A stretch of DNA of 64,000 bases, from NCBI GenBank assembly GCA_947458955.1, contig CANGZT010000001.1, positions 32,700-96,699 on the forward strand, given 5' to 3'. The position numbers and the translations under genes were made by a program. The notes under the pieces are model-generated. The model was given only the letters and a program-made list of their open reading frames with translations, had not been told where the DNA came from and ran no database searches. The DNA comes from Flavobacteriia bacterium (GTDB lineage: Bacteria > Bacteroidota > Bacteroidia > Flavobacteriales_D > Crocinitomicaceae). Below are positions 1 through 10,000 of this stretch, piece after piece (within the stretch, counting starts at the first letter, position 1; the number at the start of each line of letters is the position of its first letter).

Positions 1-375
1 AACATATTTGTTGTCTTTTGAAAGTAAAAACAAATTCACAAAATAACCACCGGATTCAATAGGTTTGAAATAGACATTATGTTCTTCAAAAAAACCTACA
101 CCTTCAATTTTCCATTCTATTTCGAAGTCATTCAAAGTATATCCTTGAGGTAGTGATAAACTATCAAACGTAAGCTTTACAGAATCTTTGTAAAATTGAT
201 TTTGTTTTGTATAAAAACAAGCATGAAGTTCTAATTTTTCTTGATTTTGGTTAACAAAACGATCGTTTATTTCATCGTTTACAAAACATTTAATTATTGG
301 GTTGAATTTTGTCTGACTAAAGGATAGCTGACTAATGAATAATATATGAAATAGAGTTAATAAATACCTCTGCAT
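1..375 (-). CDS. hypothetical secreted protein (partial, runs off window start)
   Basis: Absent from the ORF track because it is truncated. The reverse-strand ATG at 373-375 gives MQRYLLTLFHILFISQLSFSQ..., a signal-peptide-like N-terminus, and the frame stays open to position 1. Confidence 0.4.
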   Translation of the reverse strand, partial: MQRYLLTLFHILFISQLSFSQTKFNPIIKCFVNDEINDRFVNQNQEKLELHACFYTKQNQFYKDSVKLTFDSLSLPQGYTLNDFEIEWKIEGVGFFEEHNVYFKPIESGGYFVNLFLLSKDNKYV

Positions 376-470
376 GTTTATAGATATATAATGTTTTAAA
401 TTTACTTACATTTTTAAAATAAACAATTTTTTTAGTATGATTTTATAAAATCTATTTACATTTGAAACGT

Positions 471-1412
471 ATGAAAAGTTATATTTTTCTATTTTTATTT
501 GCTTTTAGTTTTCATTCTTTCTCACAATCAGATACTGTGAGTGAAGTATATTACAACAACTTTGTAGTCTATTCTGATTTAGGTTATTATTCTTGTCCTT
601 TTGACATTAAAGTTGAAAAAATTGGTACATTAAAATATCGAAATAATATAAAGCCATTTGTTGGTGTTGGGATGGTTTATAAATGGGGTGCATTGAGAGT
701 TGGTACTTTGTTAAACTATAGCTTGAAAGGCCTCGATGATTATGGTTATTCTAAAATATTTAGAATTGGTACAGAGGTTTTTTATAAAAGATTTTTGTTT
801 GAACTTTCCTATTATAGTATTCAAGGGTATACGCAATTAGATAATGCCATGCTTGGGTTAAATAAATTTATGGTATTAGATGATCTAAATTTTAAATCGT
901 ATACATTTAATAGCTGGTTTTTCACGAACAAAAAGTTCTCTCATCACGCTTTGAAGGGGATTAAACAATCTGTAAAGAGAAATAATGGAACTTTTTATTT
1001 GAAAAATACGAACGCAATAACTTCTATTGATAATTCAGCCCCAGTTTTACCTGAGAGTGTTCGTGATTTGGTTCATTCGAATTCTATTAATTTTAATACG
1101 ATAAAAGCCTATGAGATTGGTCTATTAGGTGGTGTTGCATGTGCCTTCAAGTTAAAAAGACATTTTCAGATTGGTGGGATGTTAGGTTATGGAGGAGTAT
1201 TAATAGATAGGTATCTAAGTACTGGTAAAAACAGTAAAAATCTTATTGGGATTTCACCAAGATATGATTTTCATATTTATGGAGGTTACAATAAAAAGAA
1301 AATGTTTATTATGAATTTTTTAGATTTAGAACAGAGAAATATACCATTTTCAGATTTTGAAATTAATTCAAATTTAATTTCATATAGGTTGGTATTTGGT
1401 TATCGTTTTTAA
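471..1412 (+). CDS. putative outer-membrane beta-barrel protein
   Basis: Signal peptide MKSYIFLFLFAFSFHSFS and Gly/aromatic-rich strand-like segments. The C-terminus ...VFGYRF ends in Phe, as in many OMPs. ATG 471 is preferred over TTG 462. Confidence 0.5.
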   Translation: MKSYIFLFLFAFSFHSFSQSDTVSEVYYNNFVVYSDLGYYSCPFDIKVEKIGTLKYRNNIKPFVGVGMVYKWGALRVGTLLNYSLKGLDDYGYSKIFRIGTEVFYKRFLFELSYYSIQGYTQLDNAMLGLNKFMVLDDLNFKSYTFNSWFFTNKKFSHHALKGIKQSVKRNNGTFYLKNTNAITSIDNSAPVLPESVRDLVHSNSINFNTIKAYEIGLLGGVACAFKLKRHFQIGGMLGYGGVLIDRYLSTGKNSKNLIGISPRYDFHIYGGYNKKKMFIMNFLDLEQRNIPFSDFEINSNLISYRLVFGYRF

Positions 1413-1858
1413 GATCTCATTTTATCAAGTATATTGCTTAGAAATTCAGCTTCTTCGTTACTTAATAAATTCGTCATTGTTAATTCTTTGTCAAAATGTT
1501 TGTCAATGTCAGAAAGTAAATTCATTCCTAATTGAGAAATACAAACATGTACAATGCGCTTGTCATCAGGGCATCTTTCTCTTTCAATAAGTTTTTTCTC
1601 TAGGAGTTTATCCATCAACCTTGTTGTGTTTGGAGAGATTTCTACCATTCTATTTTTGATTGTAGTAACGGTTAAAAAAACACCCTCTCCTGCTCCTCTC
1701 AAAATTCTTAGAATATTGAATTGAGGCATAGTTAGGTCGTAATTTGACATGAATTTATTTTGCTTTTTTAAAATCCAATTAGATGTATATCTTAGGTTAA
1801 CAAATGCTTTTTGTTGTGGTGTCTTAAATTTTGACTTTATTTCTTTTCCAATTTCCAT
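1409..1858 (-). CDS. MarR-family transcriptional regulator
   Basis: A 149-aa winged-helix pattern: ...LTMPQFNILRILRGAGEGV...RLMDKLLEKKLIERERCPDDKRIVHVCISQLG. Confidence 0.7.
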   Translation of the reverse strand: MEIGKEIKSKFKTPQQKAFVNLRYTSNWILKKQNKFMSNYDLTMPQFNILRILRGAGEGVFLTVTTIKNRMVEISPNTTRLMDKLLEKKLIERERCPDDKRIVHVCISQLGMNLLSDIDKHFDKELTMTNLLSNEEAEFLSNILDKMRS

Positions 1859-1859
1859 C

Positions 1860-2660
1860 TTATTTGTTTGAAAAAAGATTTTTTATTTCTGAGACTTCTT
1901 TTTGCAAATTTATTAATGTTTTTTTTAAGTTTTCTTGATCAATTTTGATTTCTGGTAAATCAGATGATATATAATTTACAAACTTCCATACTTCAATAAT
2001 TTCATCCGCATGAACAAAATAAGGTTCGTAAATTGGGTTTGTTGAAACTAATTGAATTGATTCTTTTTCTTTTAGATAATTGTATATGATTTTAAACACA
2101 ATACCTTCATTTTTGGTCACTACTATACAAGGTGTTCCATTTGGTAAAGTTGTCCAATTTTGTATAAATTCTCCAGTAACGAATGAACCTTCTGAAACAG
2201 GTGGCATACTATCACCTGTAATAGGAAATGATCTGTATTTTTTGTTTTTTGATAAAAAAGGCAGGTTAAAAGTCGGTAACACTTTTAGGTAATCAGAATC
2301 AGCATAACCTGAGGTATAACCAGCACTTGCTTTTTGAGGAATAAGTTCGATTAATTCTTCATTATTTTGATCAACAATAGTTGTAAGTAACCTAATGTTT
2401 TTACCTTGCACATCAGTTTTTAGAGTTGAAAAACAATTTTCCCAGTCCTTGTCTTTAAATTCACTAAAATCTTTTCTAACTAACGTATTAAGGTCAATTT
2501 TATAATAATCTGCAATTTGAATTAAAGTGTGGATACTTGGTTCGGCAACACCGTTTTCATAACCACTATAAGTAGATCTCGTTAATTTAATGTCGCTTGA
2601 TAATTCTTCTTGCGATTTTCCTGTTCTTTTTCTCAAAAGTTTTAAATTGATTCCGATCAT
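1860..2660 (-). CDS. XRE-family HTH regulator fused to an S24 LexA-like peptidase domain
   Basis: N-terminal HTH (LKLLRKRTGKSQEELSSDIKLTRSTYSGYENG). C-terminal FPITGDSMPP Ser motif plus a downstream Lys (VFKII), typical of LexA/CI-type self-cleaving repressors. Confidence 0.75.
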   Translation of the reverse strand: MIGINLKLLRKRTGKSQEELSSDIKLTRSTYSGYENGVAEPSIHTLIQIADYYKIDLNTLVRKDFSEFKDKDWENCFSTLKTDVQGKNIRLLTTIVDQNNEELIELIPQKASAGYTSGYADSDYLKVLPTFNLPFLSKNKKYRSFPITGDSMPPVSEGSFVTGEFIQNWTTLPNGTPCIVVTKNEGIVFKIIYNYLKEKESIQLVSTNPIYEPYFVHADEIIEVWKFVNYISSDLPEIKIDQENLKKTLINLQKEVSEIKNLFSNK

Positions 2661-2704
2661 GATGATTAATATTTAAACAAAAATAAGTAATTTTTTTAAT
2701 CAAT

Positions 2705-3412
2705 TTATTTTTTCTGTTTATATAGCTTAAAATGTTCGAATTTATCTTTTATCATCATTGATAATTCAATATCGTTATGTTTTTTTAACGTTGAATCGTC
2801 TATGTTTAAAAAGTTAATAAATTGTTCAAATTCATTTTCGTTTAATTCTAAAATTTCATAATGTACATAGATAGACAATAGATCTTTAAGGATTCTATTT
2901 TTGTTATCATTATATTTTAATTCATTGACTTTTTTTTCAGTTTTCGCTTTTTGTGAGAACCTCTCATAGAGAGCTGTAATAGGACTTTGAATTGTTGAAA
3001 TTCCAACGACCATTTTTTTGTTTTCCTTTAGTGTTAGATTTTGTCTTTCTTCTCGAATTTGTTGAATTGATTTTAATGGTTCAATTACAATTGTTTTTAA
3101 TTGTTTAGTTTTTGGTTTTAAAACATAATTTAAGTTATAATTACACTCAGTTAGATTTGTTGTGTAAAAAAATATTCTTTCATAACCTGAAACGGAAATG
3201 ATTAAAGTGTCTCTTGGGTTAATAGATACTTCAAAAAAACCATCGGGCTTACCGAAAATACCTTTATTTGAAGTTTTATTGATTAACATCATGTTGTAAA
3301 AAGATTGACTTAACGTGGTATCAACAACCCTACCTTTTATATATATGTTTTCACATTGAGCAAATGATCTTTGAACCAACAATAAAAAAATGAAAATAAA
3401 AGTAAACTTCAT
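2705..3412 (-). CDS. secreted protein with carboxypeptidase-regulatory-like N-terminal domain
   Basis: Signal peptide MKFTFIFIFLLLVQRSFA followed by the IKGRVVDTT... beta-sandwich motif. Confidence 0.5.
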   Translation of the reverse strand: MKFTFIFIFLLLVQRSFAQCENIYIKGRVVDTTLSQSFYNMMLINKTSNKGIFGKPDGFFEVSINPRDTLIISVSGYERIFFYTTNLTECNYNLNYVLKPKTKQLKTIVIEPLKSIQQIREERQNLTLKENKKMVVGISTIQSPITALYERFSQKAKTEKKVNELKYNDNKNRILKDLLSIYVHYEILELNENEFEQFINFLNIDDSTLKKHNDIELSMMIKDKFEHFKLYKQKK

Positions 3413-3445
3413 AAAATAAAGTTAATTATATTTTTTGTAAAGTCA

Positions 3446-3505
3446 TTTGTTTACAAATGTGATTTATTAGGGCTCGATTTTAAGATTGTTTTGTTTACAA
3501 ATGTG
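3446..3505. promoter_or_regulatory. two perfect 16-nt direct repeats TTTGTTTACAAATGTG (3446-3461 and 3490-3505) in a divergent intergenic region
   Basis: Read directly from the sequence. The spacing is 44 nt start to start. They lie between the divergently transcribed 2705-3412 gene and mnmA. Confidence 0.4.
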
Positions 3506-3553
3506 TAATATTGTAACTCTTGTTTTTTTTTTAACTTTATAAGAAAAAAAATA

Positions 3554-4735
3554 ATGAACAAAAGGGTTGTTGTAGGTTTGTCTGGGGGAGTTGATTCTAG
3601 TGTGACAGCTTTGTTATTGAAGAACCAAGGTTATGAGGTGATAGGTATGTTTATGCGGAATTGGCATGATGAATCAGTTACAATTTCTGATGATTGTCCT
3701 TGGATCGATGATTCAAATGATGCATTATTAATTGCTAATCAATTAGGAATTCCTTTTCAAGTAATTGATTTAAGTAAAGAATATAAGGAACGAATAGTAG
3801 ATTATATGTTTCATGAGTATGAGCAAGGTAGGACTCCAAATCCAGATGTCTTGTGCAATCGTGAGATAAAGTTTGATGTTTTTTTAAAAGCTGCTGAGGA
3901 TATTGGTGCAGATTATATTGCAACCGGACATTATTGTAGAAAATTAACTAATGAAGATGGTTCGTATAGCTTGCTTTCTGGTTTAGATAAAAATAAAGAT
4001 CAATCCTATTTTTTGTGTCAATTAAATCAAGAGCAATTATCAAAAGCTTTGTTTCCAATTGGTGAACTTCAAAAAAGCGAAGTAAGAGCTATAGCAGAGA
4101 ATAATGGTTTGATAACTGCAAAGAAAAAAGATTCTCAAGGTTTGTGTTTTGTCGGAAAAATAAGCTTGCCTACTTTTCTACAACAACAACTAAAACCAAA
4201 GAAAGGTGATGTTGTTGAGATAGATCAAAATCACAAAGAGATATTGAGCTATCATTCAAATCCGTATCGTTTAAATCATGTAGAGGATTTAACAAAGCCT
4301 TTTCGTTTTTATAAAGACGATGGTTTAAAAGTTGCTGAACATATTGGTGCTCATTATTATACAGTAGGTCAAAGAAAAGGTTTGCATATTGGAGGAAGAC
4401 CTCTACCCTCTTTTGTAATATCTATAGATGTTGATAATAATGTTGTGTATACTTGTCAAGGTGATTCGCATTTAGGTTTAAATCGAATTGCTCTTAAGAT
4501 TAAGTTGAGTGAATTTCATGTGATAAATCCAAATTATCAGTTGATTGAAAATAAAGAGTTCTCTTGTTTTGCAAGGATTCGTTATAGACAACCGTTGCAA
4601 AGTGTTCAGATTGTGTTGAAAGGAGATTTTATTTATGTTCTTTTTGAAGAGTTGCAAAAAGGCATTACTCCCGGTCAATTTGCTGCTTTCTACCTTAGAG
4701 ATGAATTGATTTTTTCTGGAGTTATTATGAATTAG
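3554..4735 (+). CDS. mnmA: tRNA 2-thiouridine(34) synthase
   Basis: PP-loop VVVGLSGGVDSSV, plus the NPDVLCNREIKF and GHYCR...DQSYFL motifs. Full length at 393 aa. Confidence 0.95.
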   Translation: MNKRVVVGLSGGVDSSVTALLLKNQGYEVIGMFMRNWHDESVTISDDCPWIDDSNDALLIANQLGIPFQVIDLSKEYKERIVDYMFHEYEQGRTPNPDVLCNREIKFDVFLKAAEDIGADYIATGHYCRKLTNEDGSYSLLSGLDKNKDQSYFLCQLNQEQLSKALFPIGELQKSEVRAIAENNGLITAKKKDSQGLCFVGKISLPTFLQQQLKPKKGDVVEIDQNHKEILSYHSNPYRLNHVEDLTKPFRFYKDDGLKVAEHIGAHYYTVGQRKGLHIGGRPLPSFVISIDVDNNVVYTCQGDSHLGLNRIALKIKLSEFHVINPNYQLIENKEFSCFARIRYRQPLQSVQIVLKGDFIYVLFEELQKGITPGQFAAFYLRDELIFSGVIMN

Positions 4736-5075
4736 GATAAAAAACGTCAAACGTATTGTCCTCATAAAAAGTTATTATTTTAACTTCTTTTTTCATTGAT
4801 TTTTTCTTTAGTGCTAACAGGTTTCGATCCTTTATTTCATCAGCTTGATTGCTTTCGATATTGTTAGTCTGAGTTTGTTTTCCTGTAATCAGCCATTGAA
4901 TATCCTCCTCTGGGAAATTTGAAATGAATTTTTCAATAAAATCTATACTTGGTTTGTTTCTTCCAGATAATATATGACTCAAATTAGAACGTTGTATTTT
5001 TAATCTATCTGCAAAAGAACTAGCGTTCAGGTTGTGTTTAGAAATAATTATTTGCAGCCTTTCTTTAATATCCAT
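4725..5075 (-). CDS. XRE-type helix-turn-helix DNA-binding protein
   Basis: 116 aa with the HTH NLNASSFADRLKIQRSNLSHILSGRNKPSIDFIEKF and a WLITG motif. Confidence 0.7.
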   Translation of the reverse strand: MDIKERLQIIISKHNLNASSFADRLKIQRSNLSHILSGRNKPSIDFIEKFISNFPEEDIQWLITGKQTQTNNIESNQADEIKDRNLLALKKKSMKKEVKIITFYEDNTFDVFYPNS

Positions 5076-5084
5076 ATCTAGGTT

Positions 5085-5143
5085 TTTACATTTGTAAAAT
5101 TAATAATAAACACAAGTTTAGTTTGGTTATTTACAAATGTAAA
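5085..5143. promoter_or_regulatory. inverted pair of 14-mers TTTACATTTGTAAA (5085-5098) / TTTACAAATGTAAA (5130-5143); promoter/operator candidate
   Basis: Each copy carries TAcaTTTG, the Bacteroidota -7 consensus TAnnTTTG, on one strand. The 5130-5143 copy is oriented toward the HTH gene, whose ATG is at 5075. Confidence 0.45.
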
Positions 5144-5207
5144 AATTATTAGCACAAAAAAAGGAGTAAAATTACTCCTTATCAAAAATTATATAATTGA
5201 AGTTTAA

Positions 5208-5381
5208 TTAATTTTCGTTAAAACTAAAAAAAATCGGGTATTTTTCAATTTGATTATTTTTACCAAATGTAATAATATCCATTAGCTCGGCAACTTCCTG
5301 AATTGATAGATTAGAGTTTTCACCATTTTGAAAATGCAGTTTAAGCTTGTATTCTGCGATTGATATACTATTATTAATCAT
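5208..5381 (-). CDS. small hypothetical protein (57 aa)
   Basis: ORF below the track cutoff: MINNSISIAEYKLKLHFQNGENSNLSIQEVAELMDIITFGKNNQIEKYPIFFSFNEN. No recognisable motif. Confidence 0.2.
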   Translation of the reverse strand: MINNSISIAEYKLKLHFQNGENSNLSIQEVAELMDIITFGKNNQIEKYPIFFSFNEN

Positions 5382-5441
5382 TTTAGTAATTTTTTTAAGT
5401 TTTAAAGACTTTACGTTAACAATTGTAAAATGTTACAAAAG

Positions 5442-5720
5442 TTAATCACTAATATCAATTTTTTTAATATAATCTTTTATTCGTATGTAGATTTCGTCTA
5501 TAATGATTAAAATCAACACAACCGGAAAAACGAAATATCTTAAACTTTTGTGCTTTTTTAACAGTGGCTTCTCTTTTGTTAGAATAACATCTTGTTTTTC
5601 CTCATTTTTTATCTCGACTTCAGGAAATTCACCAAAAATTGATTCAAATTGTGATATACACCATTTTTTAAAATCGTTAGATTTTATCTCCTGATCAGTA
5701 TCAATTATATCGTAGTACAT
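5442..5720 (-). CDS. hypothetical small membrane protein
   Basis: 92 aa with one hydrophobic helix, YFVFPVVLILIIIDEIYI. No recognisable family. Confidence 0.3.
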   Translation of the reverse strand: MYYDIIDTDQEIKSNDFKKWCISQFESIFGEFPEVEIKNEEKQDVILTKEKPLLKKHKSLRYFVFPVVLILIIIDEIYIRIKDYIKKIDISD

Positions 5721-5898
5721 AAACTTAAAAAGTTAATTAGTGTTGGAGTTTTTTTTATAATAATGTAAATATAAATAATTGTAATATAAGTTATTAAGTT
5801 ATTAAGCGTTGAATTTTTATTAAGTAATTTAGTTTAGCTCTTAATTTAAATTAAGTTTTTGTTTTCTGAATTAAATTAAGTTATTAAATTTGTTTGTA

Positions 5899-7005
5899 AT
5901 GTATTTAAAAGATTTAGAAACAAATTATCTTATTGTCAGTGAGAAAATAAATCATATTTTTCCGCAATTAGAGCATGTTTCTATATTTTACAAAACGCAA
6001 CATGAGTTAAAACATATTTCAAATAACTCATTTAAAGAAATACCTTCCTATTTAAATTCTAAAATTCATTCACATAGAAATCTAAATTTGAAATATCAAT
6101 GGTTGCTTCCAAATGATATCTTTGAATTTCAAGATGATGATCAATCTATTTTTTTACAACTTGATATTTTATCTGAACACGACAATAGAATGTTAGTTTT
6201 AAATTTTAAATCTGAATTTGATGGATTAAATGATATGTTCTGTCTCATTTTTCCAAAAGAAATCAGGTTCTTAGGTTTGTACAAAACAGCAAAAAATCTA
6301 ACAACAGACGATAAAATATTAATAGGTGAATTAATTCATAAACTTATTGAAGTTGAGATTAAAACAGTAATTGATTTTCAAATAAAACAGAGAAGACTAT
6401 CAGAATATTTTAGACTGAAAGAGGATAATAAATTAAATATCTCAAATGAAACATATTCTAAATTTATTTTTAATGAGTTGAGAATAGGAGTTAATTTAAT
6501 TTTAAAATCAAAAATTGATTTTTCTTTCAGCATAGATTTAATAGATTATGTCGTTAGTAAAAATTATTCTGTAAAGTTTACTACCCAATGTTTAAGTGAA
6601 GCGTTCAAAACAATTAGTTTGATAGAAGATATAAAATCTGATTTTGAATTTCAACTTTATCATCTAAAACTAATTGAAAATGAATATGTAAGTTTGAATC
6701 ATTCGAATCAATCGGTTAGTGTTACTCAAGATAAAGTAATAGATTTATTAGATAGATTGGAAAATACTGCAAAAATAATTGAGTCGAATGGTTTGGTTAT
6801 TAATGGTAAATTAATTGCTCAGTATTTAACTCCTCCTGTTAGTCCTCCAGCAGTAACTGAAATATTAAAGAAGAATATTAATAAAATTGAACAAAAAATA
6901 AAGGATAATCCTGAAAAATGGTCTTTAATCAGAAAATATTTAAAACCATTAAGAGAACTTGAATTTAAACTTCAAATTAACAGATATAATCAAAAAATAG
7001 GCTGA
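5899..7005 (+). CDS. hypothetical protein
   Basis: Long clean ORF of about 368 aa from ATG 5899. No catalytic motif recognised. Confidence 0.5.
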   Translation: MYLKDLETNYLIVSEKINHIFPQLEHVSIFYKTQHELKHISNNSFKEIPSYLNSKIHSHRNLNLKYQWLLPNDIFEFQDDDQSIFLQLDILSEHDNRMLVLNFKSEFDGLNDMFCLIFPKEIRFLGLYKTAKNLTTDDKILIGELIHKLIEVEIKTVIDFQIKQRRLSEYFRLKEDNKLNISNETYSKFIFNELRIGVNLILKSKIDFSFSIDLIDYVVSKNYSVKFTTQCLSEAFKTISLIEDIKSDFEFQLYHLKLIENEYVSLNHSNQSVSVTQDKVIDLLDRLENTAKIIESNGLVINGKLIAQYLTPPVSPPAVTEILKKNINKIEQKIKDNPEKWSLIRKYLKPLRELEFKLQINRYNQKIG

Positions 7006-10000
7006 TTATTTGATTAAAGTTACGTGTCCTACGTAATTATGTTTTTTAAGATTAATATTATCAATAAAATCAATTTTCCACGTATAAACTCCGTCTATAC
7101 ATAGCATTCCTCCATAGGTTCCTTTCCAACCTACAGATTTATCATGAGAAATAAAAATTACTTCACCCCACCTATTGAAAACTGTAAATGTATATGAAGT
7201 AGGATCAATCGCATTTGAAATAATGGGTAGAAATTCTTCATTTAGTTTATCGTTATTTGGAGTAAAAGTATTTGGGACATAAATTGTTAATTCAGTTGGA
7301 ATGGTGATATGTATAGTTTTTGAGTCTTCACAAAAACCTCTTTGTGATGCGTATAGAGTAACGAAATAATCGTTTGATTCCAAAGGAAATGTATGTGTTG
7401 GGTTTGTTAATTCTGAACTTACCCCATCACTAAAATACCATTTGTATTTGGTAGAATTTTCAGATTTATTTATCAGTGTTAAACGTGGAGTAAACATTGA
7501 TAAAATCGTGTCATTTGCTTCAAAATTTGCTATTGGATAAGGATATACTTTTAGAATCGTATCTTTTTGTAGATAAGAAGTGCAACCATCTCTAAAACTT
7601 ATTACCTTGACATTAAATTTACCTTGTTTAGAGAATTTAACTATTGAATCTTTTTCAATCTGCATTTTTTCTCCATCAATATACCAAATACAAGAATCTA
7701 ACTTATTTATTGCCGGTATTAAAAGTTTAACATTAACTGGTGCACATCCTTCTTTAGAATTTAAATCAAAATCTGTAATTGGTAAAGAATTATTGATTAT
7801 TTTAATTTCTCCAAAACCTCCACAACCTGTTTTGGTAGTATAAGACAAATAGATAGAATCTTTTGAATTTGCACTTGGTCTAAAGTAGATAATAGAAGAA
7901 TCATTTTTATCCACTAAGAAGGTGGTGTCAGACCAAATACCATTTTTACTGAATGCTTGAATTTTATATAGATTAGTATCATTTTTACAAAATGGTCCAA
8001 CTTGAGAAATTGGAATTTTTTCAATATCTTTCACATTAACTAAAATCTCCGAAGAATCAATACAATTAAGTTTATTAATTATTAACTTATATAACCCTTT
8101 TTGGTTTGAAGTAATATTGGTCAATATTGGAGTGCTGTCATTTGATATAAAATTATTAGGTCCAGTCCATTTATATGTAGCATTATTATAGCTTGTTGAT
8201 TTTAAGATTAATGAATCACCAATGCAAATAGGATTATTTGTACTTAAGAGAATGATCGGTAACTTAGATATTCTAATTGATTTTGTTGTTGAATCAGCTG
8301 CTACACATGATTTTTCAATGCTTTTGTATTTTATTTTAAAAATTCCTTCAGTAGAATTTAAAAAATCTATTTCACCTGTTATTGAATCGATCTTGATAAG
8401 ATCAGAATTAGAACTAAACTTCCCACCAGTTTCAAAATTGGTACTAAAATTTGGTTTTAGATTTGGTGTATTCACACAATAAAGAGAATCAGTAAAATTA
8501 AAATCTGTTTCTGGTTTTCTTAAATCTGCAATAAGAATTTCAGTATTACCTGTACCTGTACCACCACATACACTCGATAATATTGTGTATTCAATTTTAT
8601 AGGTTTTGTTACCTAAAGCTTTTGATAAATCTAGCTGTCCAGTAACTTCATCAACTGAAATTTCTGTTTCTAAAGTAGTAAATTTACCGCCCTTTGTAAA
8701 ATTAGTTGGTAGTAATGGAAGCGTATTTTTTGAGTTTAAACAAATCGGTCTTGGGTATGAAAAATTAACAATAGGAGCATTACTACCTTCAATTATAATT
8801 TCAGTTTTACCTATACTTTGAGCATAGCAACCACTAGCTTTAATTTTATAGGTAATCTCATAAGTACCAGGAAGGGTACCTTTTAGATTAATTGTTCCAT
8901 TCGTCTTTGAAATTGTAACATCTTGAGGTGCACTAAACTCACCTCCTAAATCAAAATTACCAGAGGGTGTTGGATTAGTACTAGTTATACAAACAGGTGA
9001 GTTATAATTAAAATCAGTGTTTTTTTGAATTAATGAATCGATTTTAACATTTACTATTGTGTCCAATTCTGAATTACAATTAGTTTTGGGTAAAAAATAT
9101 TTAATTTGATAATTTCCTTTTTTCGAGATATTTAGTTTGAGTTCACCCGTAATAGAATCTATAACTAGGTCATCTGAATTTGAACTAAACTTCCCTCCTT
9201 TTGTAAATCCATTAATTAATTTTGGTAGCATATTGCCATTTCCAATACAAACTAAATTATCATAACTAAATGTTAATTTTGGTATTGATTTATCAATAAT
9301 TGTAACAAATACATTATTCGTTGAAACAGTACAGTTTTGACTGTTTTTTACTTCGTAATAAATATTATAAGTTCCAAGAGGGGTATTAGGTAGGTCAATT
9401 TCACCTGATAAATTATTTTTAAAAATTAATTTTAAAGAATCCGTTTTAAAGAGACCTCCAGTAATAAAACCATTTGACAATGTAGGTAATGGGTTATTAT
9501 CAAAAATACAGATTGGTGAAGGGTAATTAAAACTAGGGATAGGACTTGGATTTGCAATGATTTCAATTTCTGTAGAATCAATTTTACTGTTAAAACATTC
9601 GTTTTTATTGAATTGATAGTATATAAGGTGTTTACCAGGTTCAGATTTACCAAGGTTAATTTTACCACTTGTTGAATCTACATCAATATTTGTTTTGGAA
9701 TAAAAGATTCCACCCGAAGTAAAGTTTTGAATTAAATTAGGAGTGACACTTGAATTACTTTGACAAACAGGAGTTTGATATGAAAATTTTGTTATTGGTT
9801 CTTGAATTGGTTTTATTTCAACTTTAAAAGTGGTTTGACCTTCAACTTCACAATTATTTTGGGGATTTACCTTATAGGTAACTTCATAATTTCCAGGTTT
9901 ACTTAAGTTGGGTGTTATTTTACCTGTCGAAGTATTTAGGTTTAAATCCAATGAGTTAGATGTAAAAACACCTCCTTTGACAAAACCATTCAATCTTGTA

